NCBI GenBank assembly: GCA_965637545.1
Contig: OZ281500.1
Span: forward strand, 8,184,001-8,248,000
Reading direction: 5' to 3'
DNA length: 64,000 nt
DNA from: Phallusia mammillata
Taxonomy: Eukaryota
Both the position numbers and the translations under genes were made by a program. Positions within the stretch are counted from its first letter, which is position 1; every line of letters begins with the position of its first letter. The notes beneath the pieces were generated by a model. That model did no database searches. It had not been told where the DNA came from and worked only from the letters and a program-made list of their open reading frames with translations. Shown one piece after another: positions 35,201 to 47,200 of this stretch.

Positions 35201-38200
35201 ATATCTTAATTGGATGTTGACTGAGCATTTTCGCCGCGAGTGCGGTGGAATCGTGTACGAGGACGACCGAGGGCAGATCGGTTATGACGAAAGTACCGGC
35301 GCAACCCGACACTGTAATTGGACGATAGACAGGCGACTGGCCTTTTCAGCAAGCGGATTTCGAAAGCCGGTCGTTGCATAACAGCAAACTTTTTTTTGTT
35401 GAGGGAAAAGCAATTTTCTTGCCTTGCGCAACACTGGGGTGAATGCAACGGGTAACAGCACTTACGTGATTTGCGTGGGCCGACTCTCTTCGCCCGACTT
35501 GGTGGGCTTGTTGAGACGATATCGCATTCCCTCTTGCAGGATGGCAAATGACGGCTGAGGAAGGACTCCTGTCATGTAGTCCAGGGTCTTCTTGTTATTA
35601 GTGGTGAGCATCTGTACATGTAGAAGCGAAATTGGTCAATACAAATGCAAATGATTTACCTATTATGCAGATAAGGTTAAAGAATGCCAGGATCGTAACA
35701 ATAAGTTGTAATTTTGTTCTTTGCAAACCATAATGGCCGAATTTGCATGCCCTTCCCTAAAAACGTATCTAGTCGTATCAGGCACACAATTATATTCCAA
35801 CACGTACCAAACACGTAAATCGGACAGCTTTTTCCGAGACAGTACAAGTCCAGACACACAGCACACAGACTCAACAAACAACCCGGAAGTCCCGAAACCA
35901 TAACCCGAAAGGCGTTAATCATTTGTCAAAACGACAAAACTTGAGGAAAAATTACCAACCGCGGTAACGCTAACTAGTTTCAATAAACAGTACCAGCGCT
36001 AACGAGCAAATTAAAAACCCTTCTGTCTGGGGCATAATTGCTGCAACCTTTGCCCACCACTGCGGAGCAGAGCAAATGGTGATTAGCTTGGGACAATTAG
36101 AGCTATGTTGGCGCATCATTAGGCTCTACGTCACTATCTAGAGATCCAGTCACGAACTGGACGCGGGATCTTTAGATGTGACAGACATTGTATACAAACT
36201 GACCTGAGCAAGGCTTTTATCGACTTTCATGATATCGCGCGTCAAATCAGGATGTTCTTGCTCAAGAGAGGATGCCGGAAGCAGTGAGACATCCGGGAGG
36301 AGCGGTTCCGGCGAGATCTCTGGCGGAGGACTCGATACGATCTGTGAAGATAAAAAATCATCTTTGATCGACAATTCCTTCTCAACCTCAAATTTGAGTC
36401 ATACACGACTGTGAGATTAAAGACGCAGATACAAAACATATTGACGGTGATAACATCGCTTGAAGTTGCAGGGACAAATCCGCGTAAATCCTACAGCCGG
36501 CGACGATAATGATCCGCAACAAACACCAGACCCTTTTGCACATCACCAAGGATCTTAAAGCCTCATGAAATGCTACATTTTATCTGTCCCTTTGCACTAA
36601 GGTCAAACCCCTAAGCGTTATGAAACGAAACATGGCAAATCGAAATTCCACCTCCGGCTGAGGAAGTTTGGCTGACGTATTAGGACAGACATGAAACTAC
36701 GTGAGATGGTTGGGTGCTTTTTGGCGAATGGGGATTGTTTAGGTATGCAATACTGATGCTTGAATATGAGTGCAATGCTGTGTGCCCATTCATTAGAGTT
36801 TTATAAAAGCGGAGGCACATGCTATATTAAGACGGATGTATACAGCGTACGTGATGTCTCATTACTGTGAGTTTGACAAGAATTTTTAGCTGTGTGTTAA
36901 CCTGCTCAACAATGATTAAAATCTAATGCCATTCCTAACAAATTTCATTGTGGAAAACAATAGGCGACTGGAGTTACCCAAAATAGAAAAAAATCCCGCG
37001 TAGATAAAAAAAATACAATCTATATTCACGTCATTTCTCAGGCATTTTCGGAATTGTGTTTGTGAGAAATTGGGCAGAATTATATCTAAATTTAGATTCA
37101 AGAAGATGCCAAATCCATTTAACTTCTAAAAAATGGATTCAAAACTTGTTTACAAACATCCGTTTACGTCATCACCGCAAAAGTGTGACAGAAATATACG
37201 GGTGCACAACATAGTTTCGAGTTTCCCTATACACACAACACTGAAATCCAGCCAAGTTAAGAATTTGAAACAACAATGCTAAACTAACCTTCGGTTCTTC
37301 TGTCTCAGGATTTTCCTTCTTCACTTCCTCCTTTGTGTTTGTCTTATCCTCCATGGTTTGCGCTGTTTCGGCTTCCTTTTGCGTTTCTAGAGCTTCCGCA
37401 ACCTTTATCGGCTTAAATACGTTCTCATATGAACCTCTAACGCCGTTTACATGCACGTTTTCGTATGTAGATGGCTTAACACTGCTGTTATTATTGTCCG
37501 ATTTTGGTGGTTCGGTGTCTGAATCGCCAATTAGGTATGTTTCGTCCTTGTAAGTATCAGTAAGTATTGTCTCCCTGTCCACACTCGCCTTGCAATTGGT
37601 CGGCATCACTGAGCTGGTATCATGCGGTCGCATCAACTTCTCTTGTGAAGTAGGAGACAATGCACTGTAAAGCAAGGTTCGATGTTAAGAGGAATTTTCG
37701 CCACACCGATTAGCAGTCTATATTAGGTTGATACTTGCTGCCTAATCGATAGATTAAATTGGGGCCTTTATTACGTTGGGCTTAATGTGAGACGTTCAGG
37801 CGAGTTTATGTTTATATTAAGAGCATGCAAAATAATATGGATGTACATCACGGACGCCATTTTAGTCACAGGGGTCCGTCTGCAACACTACTTCAAAACC
37901 GGAAGGCCGACGAACCGAAGAATTATGCACGGTCCTGTCGGTTCGACAATAAAAGCAGGCGGTTGACATATTTTTTTAGACAAAAGTATTTACTGGTTTA
38001 ACGTTTTTTATTACACTGCATGTTTTGTACCTAGACAACGGTACAAAGCTACGCATATTTAGGAAAGCCTGTCTGTTTCAACAAGCATTTAATACTTCAT
38101 TGGTAAATCCTGGTCTTCATGAAAGACAAGGATCAAACATAACTTCTGAGCAAAATCAGGCTGCGGTTTAAACTTCCTTCCAATAAGTCTTTAAAGCATT

Positions 38201-41200
38201 TTTCCGAAGCAATTACCTAAGTATCTGCGTCATCAAATCCATGATCCAACCTGCACTTGGTCTTTATAAGGAAATAAGTCTTCGCTTAAGGAAAAGACTG
38301 CTGCAAGCACATTAAACCACAGGCTACACAAGACCACTAATCAAACTCTGCGAACAGTGGAGACAGATAGGAAACGTTTAACGAGCTGTAATCTCACACG
38401 TGTAATGCTTTCTGCCAGCAAACGCAATTAAACAGAAATGCCTGTCCCTTGAAAGCCACTAGAAGTGTATCGCAATGAAATGGCACGACCACTGGGCAAG
38501 CGTCCAATGCACTGGGTGCTCGATGAAAGGAAGCTGCGTCAATTATGTCATCGCACATCATGCAACAGGCACGTTGTGACGCATGTTGTTAAAGCGCGAG
38601 TGTCGGTTGTTGAGGACCCCAGTATTGTTGCGGTGACGTGATGTGCTAAACGGACCGCTGTCACGGATTCACAATAAACGAAGGCGGATTTCACGAACCC
38701 GCCTAGACTCCAACCCAATTATGGTGACTACTGGAAGGTCAGTGTACGCTCAAGCCTTCGCAGGTCCATGTATGTTGAAAACGTACAAAAGTACATGGAA
38801 ACGGCAACTCTTGGAAAATGCTTAAAAGTGGCAAATATCGTGCACTATGGTTAAGTTTCACAGCCGATGTATATACATTTACCGCTTATACGGAAAAAAC
38901 TGATAAAGTGTGTTACAAACGTAATGGATAAACGGAGAGTGGGTGGATAAAAGTTACACTTACTGGTGCTAATTAGTAATTGCTACGTATACAAACCACA
39001 GACTATTGTATCCGGCAGTGACGCGTAAATTGAAATAAATTAATACTCACGCAATTAACCTTCAAAATATAAAAAGTTGTCATTCGTTTAGAAATTGAAT
39101 ATCAGGTCACGAGGTTGAATAATAGAAATATGTCTACGTGAATCATTAAACTACGTAAATGGCGAAAACATATGCGCTAATTTGTGAGGTAAATGACACG
39201 TTTCATTTTTGATTAAACAGGTCATTAATATCGGATTGCTCACGCACTTTACATACAAACTGATCTATAACGCACCACTTTAACCAAACACCAACCGGCA
39301 CTGCTTTAAGCTATTTCAAACACAATCAAGTAACGTGTATTTCAAACCGGCACTCAATTTTAAAGCAGTATGTTTTTTTGAGCAGTTTTGAAAGACTATT
39401 TTAAAGTTGTTTCTTATGGTATAAAACAACCACAAAAAAAATAAGGTTATCCCTGATGCTCTTTAGCTGGCGAACATACAAAGTTGAAATTTGTACCTTT
39501 TAAATGCGCCAAAAATACATCTACACAACAAAAACTTACCGTGATTGTGTTTCACTTTTGTCTGGAACTTCTGGTGGCGGTGGTGGTGGTGGAAGTGGCA
39601 AATCAGACTGACGTTCCAAGTATTTCTTCACAATTTGTTCCTTGGCACCTTTCGCAGGTTCAGCTTTAGGCGGAGGCGCCATCGGTTTTGCTGTGGACAT
39701 CATTTTCTTAAACGACGTCGTTCGCTGGACCTTTTTGACGATTTCAGCTACTTTATCATCAAGAACGTGCTTTGGAGGTTCTTGGGGTAGTGGCTTGACG
39801 TCAGACGCCTTCTTTGTATCTTCTGTGGCCATAACCGTGATAGGGCTGGTAATTTGCAGTTCGACTTTGCTCACGTGTTTCTTTTCGTCTCCTGACTCCC
39901 CATCGCCCTCTCGCGGCGATCGTGGTTTAGGTTTCTTGCGGCGTTTGTCGACGCGGTACGTGTCGGTGTTAAAGGCGTGACGGGATTTGGTGGTCGCTTT
40001 TGGCCCAGGAACTGACACAGGAGTTTCATTCGGCGGCTCTGTTTTGTTTTCAAGCGGTGACAAAGTGCTGAAATTCAACAAAGAAGATAAGTTTTATTTT
40101 TTATGGTTGAAAATAGAACGTATCGTTGGCAAGTACATAAGCATGTACAGTAACCTTCGGTTAAACAGGATTCGGTGAATCCGCTCTTTCGCCTAATTCG
40201 GACAAAACTTGAAGTACAAAAATTTGCAATATGGCAAGGCTTTTAACTAGTCGACATCGGGTAATCCAGGGCTTAGCCTCATTAGGTCAAATTGATTAGC
40301 CTAAACGGGTCAGGATTAACCCAGGTTTACTGCACATGTAGATCAGTTGGAAAAAATCTCCAAAGTATTAGACGTGAAAAATCGTTTAATAGGACCAGGG
40401 AGAGAAAAAACTCAATAAATCTGACCACGAAAGTTTATTGTTTTATTTTAACTGTTAATTTAAATGCAATTTCAAGTGCGAGTAACAATACAAAGGAGAA
40501 CAAAAATTAACAAACAAGAACTTACAGAACAATTTCGTCAGGTGGAGATGGCGACGATGAACGCTGAAACGGTGATCCTGGTTGTTCGTTGATCTCATCC
40601 AGTACCTGGAACTTACCGATAGACGTAGTGGAAACGGATGAGAGGGAGGAAAGGTTACTGATGGTGGTGGCTGACGACGCGCTGCTACTGTAACCGTCAA
40701 AAGGAACACGGTTAAACTAATATCGCATGTCAGATAAAAGTTGTTAAACCAACCTGTTAGAATTTCTCTGCCTTGTCCGTACCCTTCGAGGCGGCGCGTG
40801 GATACTGTCGTCATGGTGATGTGACGTCTAAAGACAAATTGGAACGTTTAAACATAAACAAACATTTTAAGCCCAAATATATGCTGTTGCTGCCAGCGTA
40901 TATTTCAACTTTGTAGAACTCTTCCGGCAATTGTATAAAAACAGACGTGATGCTTTCAGTGTGCTACAGGCACCTGCTCAAAGATTAGATCATTCGTTGC
41001 GTTGTGACGTGCTCGCGTTTAATTCCTTTTTCCTTTGTTTATCGTGCACTGTACTACGCGCAGTATTATTTACCCTAAAGACCACCTGTAAAGATAAAGG
41101 CCGCCTGTAAAGGACGTCGAAAGCTCGCTGCAAAAATAAAATTGCCATAAGAGTTTTATAAAGTTGATTTTGAGCCCATCTTTTGTAGTGGTAATAATAC

Positions 41201-44200
41201 TTACAATGTTAGCTGGTGGATCGATATTCGGACTTGACTTGGAACGATCTCTTTTCATCCGGGTTCCTTCCACCGAGTCGTCAAGGCTATGCGAAGGTGA
41301 CTGAACTTCTGCAAGTAAACAGTAAATAAACGCTCATACATAATAATATATATATGCTCGTGTAACGACCTGAAGAAGCTACAACTACTTTCACATTTTG
41401 GGCGATTACACTTTACAAGCTATAAATTTCAAGGAAAAGTCAATATACAGAACACTAACCTATTCCTTCGTCGACGAGGTTGCCCAATGACGGTGATCTG
41501 ACTTTCAGTTGATCCTCCGATATCATGGTGCCCGACCTGCAAAGGAATAACATATAGTCTCGTAAGGTCTTGTTTTTGGGTAAATGTTGGGACTACAGGG
41601 TAAAACACAGCAGTCTACCCTCAAAAATGGCATATTCTACAAGATGTCAAAATTTCATTCCATTAGGACGTTGTTTAAAAAAATCCACCCTATCTGAGGG
41701 GCTAGGGGGTAAATATTGGGGCTATCGAGTCAAACGAGGCAAATGGCGCATCCATATGATTACATCCATCATCTGTAAAATTTTCATCAAAATCCATTAA
41801 CGTGTATGGACAAATGTCAAGGGAAAGACAAAAAAAAACTAAGTGAAATCAAGATGTATCCCCTTCAGAAAGGGGACCCATAAAGATGTTGTGGCTAACA
41901 CATTTGTGGAATCGAAACTTACTTGGACATTTTCTGAAACTTTGCTTTGATTTCGCTGTAATTCCTCAGTTTACGAACACTAGTAGCATGTTCAGGTTTC
42001 ATATGAGATGTCGGAGTGCCCCGGGGCTCGTCGTGTGGTTTGCCCTCGGTTCGCAAATCACCAGAGGAACTACAGAAACGAAACAAATTTGAGAATTTTA
42101 AATGTTCTTTTTTTGAATGCATTTGCACTTGTAACTTACCCTGTTTTGGTGACCCGGCCCTCTAGGGCTTTCGCTTCCCTTCTACGTTTTTCGGTCTCGT
42201 CGCTGTGTGACGTGTGGATGCTAGTGGATGACGTGTATTGAGCCTTGCCCAAAGACGGACTACTGCACAATTTTACAAGTACAATTAAACAAGGTCAAGA
42301 ATTAAGAGGGCAGTAGCTGGCAAAACCAGTTTGAAACTCTAATATTCAAGTGACAAACCACCCAAAACTGAATTTCCAAATTGAAACGTTTCGTTCTTTC
42401 AAAAATCGAATCAAAGTTTCCAATTCCGGTTTAAACCGATTTGGATCATGGTAGTAAGCAGCATTTTTCAACTGCATTAGGTCGTATGAAAGTCATGACT
42501 TACCTTTCGCTTGCGTTCCTGTTGTTTTTGTTCGAAATATAATCGATGACAAGTTTTCTCGTATCAACCTTAGAGCCACTTTTCGGAGTCTCAATGTCCG
42601 GTTTCACATCGATTGAAATTCGTCTGTTCCTCTGTTCCGGGGTCACTGGGAAAAATGGCTGCTTCCGGGTTGGAGAGAAATGGTCCGAGTCATCCGATGT
42701 AAAGCTGGAAAAAAGCGTTGCAATGTTGCGTGTTAATTTTTTGCTGATAATTAAAATATGAAATTGATGGATTTGTTTTTTGCAAATTATACTTCCTTGA
42801 TTGGTGAAAGATTTTGAATATTTGAAATATCAAATTTATTTGGAGTTAACAATTAGGATACATCAAATTAAGAAAAATAATCTCCAAAATATTAAATCAT
42901 ATTGATGTTTAAGTAATTGCACCATTTTTTCATGATAAACATTGTCTATTTGTGATTGTTTATGGCAAAATGAAGAATATACATAAACATGAAAAATAGA
43001 AGGTATAGAAGATTGGGAGTTATTTCACCGAATGCACACTGTTTCAAAATCGAAGGAAGCTAAAAGGCGAACTCCAAAAATTCGACAGCAAAAACAAAAA
43101 TTCAGAAAATACAGAGAAACAGTCAGGCGACGGAAAAGTATAAGCATGCATACCTGGGAATTATATTTCGTGGAAGGGACTCCGACTTTCGCCCGTAATT
43201 CGGCGGGGGATTATAAGTCGGCGCAACGTGGGTGCGTTGAACCGGAGCATGCCTGATGACGAGAAACAAAAGCATGCAGAAAACCAAGGGAATTACCGAA
43301 CATGAGAATCGATGTTCAGTTGAAAAATCATGCGATATGTATGTGATAGGCAGTGGGGTATGAATTAGGTGTTTTTTATGACAGGGGTCGGCAACCTTTT
43401 TTGCACTGCGGACCGTTTTTGAAACTAAAATTTTATCGCGGACTGGTCTTCAAAAAACTACAAATATTCAGCAATAAAAACGCTTAAATTAGTTTATCAT
43501 TCACGGAATACATGGGCAAAATGTTTTATAGCATTACACCTGAAAAATTATACGGCCCAGTAACGAACTCCTCGCGGACCGGCGGTTGCCGACCACTGTT
43601 TTACAACATATTATATGAATTCTTATTTCAATTCGTAGAAATTAGGTTTACCGTTTATTCAACGCACATCAGGCCGCGATTTAAATTATTAACGTTTTGT
43701 ATTTTTTGTTTGAGTGATCAAGTTAGGTGAAGGCTCTACCAACATGCTATTTCCCCATTATTGGAGCTTTATTAAAGTTTAGGTTGACTCCCGACACTCA
43801 TATTAACCAGTTCAAACTTCATGCCAGACGTTTCAATGCAAAAACACACGAAGAGATTAAAATGTACGTTCCATGCTCGATGCTAACCTGCTTGAACGTC
43901 GCCTGGTAACACCAGCGGAATTTGGTCTTCGTCGATCAGGCTCTCTAGGTGTCGCTAAAGAATCACTCGAGGATTTGTGGCTCGAACGACCAGAGATTGG
44001 CTCGCTGCTTTCGTCGATTTCGTTGCCATGGGAACGAGACCTAATACAGAATTAGTTTTACCACCGATAGTCAAATGTTAAGATGGAATAAAAGTGGACC
44101 ATAGGTATTACACTAATTCTGAACCCTTATACGCAGGGTTGTAATTTGTTGATTGTTGAAATAATGACAAAATAGGGACTTAAGTAAAAACAAGAGCATT

Positions 44201-47200
44201 TCTTAGAAATAGAGCATTTCTTAGAATAATTTGTCGACATTGCACTTCAAAATAAGGACAACTCTTATAAATAAGGACAGGATATCAACCCTTCTTATAC
44301 GCCCCACAAGCAACTAATCAGTTTTAAACATCATTCATAAGCAAATTAATGTTAGCAATATTTATTCCCAATTAGCTATCGTATTTGATAAGCGACCAGT
44401 CCAGATTTCTTTAAGACTTTCTACAAGAAGTTTACAGTGTTTAATTCAGAGATTAAACTGGCACCAGTTGACAATATGATCAGTACTCAGTTAGCAGATA
44501 TTTGTTGGAAATTCTAGACATGGTTCTTAACCCAATCTCACAGGAATATAGATATACACAATACTGTACCTGTTGTGAAGGATACACGGCTGCGCAGTGG
44601 ATTGATTTAAGTTAAACAAGTTCCTCTTCTGATCGAAGCTCTTCAGAGAAGGCGATGCGAGGTCGTTTCGCTTGAATGAAGTCATCCGCAGCACCTTGAA
44701 AACATACAAAATTCTTCAGCTGCTTGCAAGCCAACACTTCAACATCCTGTTGTCGGTCAAATGTTTTGCTGATGTTGCACTCAGGAGAAAGGCACTATTC
44801 TCACAGCTGTTCCCAATTTTTTTGTTTCGGTACAGTTTTACTACCAGCTTCTAAGTAATTTCCGTTGAGTCCTTAAGATACATTGGACCAGTGTTTCTCA
44901 TACTTATGTATCCAGAGCACACCAAAAAGAACCAAACTTTGGGTCACACCATTCATTCGAATATCAAAAACTAGAAGGGTGGCTTTTCTTTATATTTCCA
45001 TTTTAAAAATTTTTACATCCTAAATACCGATTTACTTTACACACTTTTTGACCTACTATCCGAAACTATTTGAGGTATTTGAAAACCAATCGTTTTATAT
45101 GGTCAAAAAAAATCTACCCACAAAATGTGTTAATCACTACTTTACAATACGCAATGTCCTTTACCCCTTCTTGCATTCCCCTGATGTCCTGGCTATACAT
45201 GAACGTTTCATCATCGCTCGCTTCGTCCAAGTCAACTTCGTTGTAACTCCAATTCCTGAAACATAACAATATGTCAGTTTTTAAATATGACAACTTGAGG
45301 TGTTTGTACAAATTATTAGGAAAACATCATTTCATGTTTCTAGTGCATAAGCGGTCTGGGCGTTTTAGAATCAGTTCGCCGTTTAGTCATGAGTTTGTGG
45401 GCTTCAAGAGCACTTTTGAACCCTTGTCATTTTTGACAAACCACTAATGCGCAATAAACGTTTTAACCTGTAACAACATAGGGCTCACTACACGTTACAT
45501 CATGGTTTGGGCACGTTAAGTATGCAGCACAGTGCAAGCACGCTACAAATAAAACAAACAATAAACCCTTAACAGAAAAATTTCAATGGTATAAAAACGG
45601 ACCTACCTTTGACTTTTACGGGTTGGTTTCTTGTCGGAAACCTCTGATGGCGAAGTAGTTTTAGCAGGTGACTTTTGCGCACTCGCAGCTGGCCATAACA
45701 TTTCGTAGTTAGCAGCGGGTTGAAGAACAGCTTGGGAGGAAGCCTGAGATTTCTGCAAAGAACGCAGAATAGAAGGCTGATTGTCAGTGCTGTCGTATTC
45801 CCCAGACTTGGGCCGCGGTGTCCTTGTCTTTGGCTGAACACTGTTAGTTGGAGTCTTCTCGGCGTCTGATGGCTTGAATACGGTAAGCTTTGGCGGCCCT
45901 GGCGGGGGATCATGAGTGCTCCAGGCCTCAATAGCATTTGCCATGATGTCGGATGACTTGCTTCTCCTGTGCACTTGCGGAGTTTTCCATACAGCGCCAT
46001 ACTTTCCGCGCCCCCGACTAGTATCCGAGTGGTCGCTCTCCACCGATTCGCCAGATCCACCTCTGGAGTGTTCCGACACAGCGGAGGTGGGATCAGAATA
46101 GGATGCGGTTTTCTGATGCTCGGATATCTTGCGTGAAACGTAGTCGGAGCCCGAAGGCGGAGGACCGTAGTGCGAGAAAGAGTCTTTAACGTGCTCGTAG
46201 CGAGGTGGAGTGCTAGAGAGGGTGGTGGATTGTGGCGGTGATTTGGATGACATTTTATCGGCTGGCTTCTCCTGGTCGAAAGCTTTGACTTGTTTGGAGT
46301 TTCCCACTGATGTAATTCCAAACAGTCGGCCCTGGGTCTTAGGCTGCCTGTCGATGTTCCTTTCTGCTGATTTAGGCGGGGAAGTAGGCTCGCTTGTCTC
46401 GGTTCTGTAACTCGACGCCTGGTGTTGAGGCGAGTATGCTGTCACGTGACGATCAGGTGACGAGGAATAGCGCTTTCGGTCGTCCTGCAGGGAATAAGAA
46501 AAGTAAATTAAGACTCAAAACAAAACATAAAGTAGTTCAAAATATCGGGCTTTCATGCAAACCAAAACTATAGATATAGATTCAACAGAAAACTAAACTC
46601 ACCGGCGAACTGGCGCTATGTGGCCTAACATGGTAATTTTTAACCGCTTGAATACTGGAACTATCCCGTTGAGGGGGATCTGGAACTTTAGGGTCTGAAC
46701 GCCGACCGTCGAAATTCGTCTTCACGATCTTGGCGTCGGCGATCTTGTACTTGGCAGAATCGCGGTTATTGGTATTTTCCTCGCTCCCGTAAGCCCCGGC
46801 TCGCCACGACCTTGCTATGTTGGCGTTTTTGTCCATTGCAATCGGTGGCGGGGAAAATGAGGATCGTCGGCTGTTAGGCCCACTCTGTATATACGAGGGA
46901 CTTCTGCTGGCATCCCTGGCAGAATAACGATCCGCGTCGTCTGATGGCGTCCTCCGGACTCTGCTGATCTTCTCCAGGTCTTCCCTGGATCCGCGGCTGT
47001 ACTGATGATGCGCGTCAGCGGGAACAGCGGTGTCGTGCGAGAGCTTCTCAAACATGTTTTTTGCCTCCTTTACAATACCGGCATGTGGCTTTGACGGCGA
47101 CGAGTGCTTATGGCGATTATTGCTGTTCAAAATAATCTGCGGGTAGTTGGCGTTGTCGATAAGGTTATCCAAGCTACCTCGCGAGCTGGACATAGTCCCT

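Larger units (their letters stand above)
20263..36341 (-). other. shroom: ASD2/SD2 (Rho-kinase-binding) domain exons of Shroom, split by a 14.1-kb intron
   Basis: Exons 36341-36204 and 35611-35466 (phase 2 donor AC|GTAAGT) join 21318-21168 (CACAG|G). The helical core lies in 21060-20263. Confidence 0.9.

Noticed and set aside
36342-36409. CTCACAG acceptor at 36409 and the MSIKDDF extension
   Set aside because: It gives stops or the wrong frame; the strong TTTTTTATCTTCACAG acceptor at 36342 is in phase.
44519-44903. Extra MITE between TIR-like bits at 44519 and 44888
   Set aside because: Both point the same way and they flank a real Shroom exon; they are isolated fragments only.
45569-46321. 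250-aa alternative-frame ORF
   Set aside because: It overlaps a Shroom exon in another frame, which is typical of GC-rich Ser/Pro/Arg-coding DNA.
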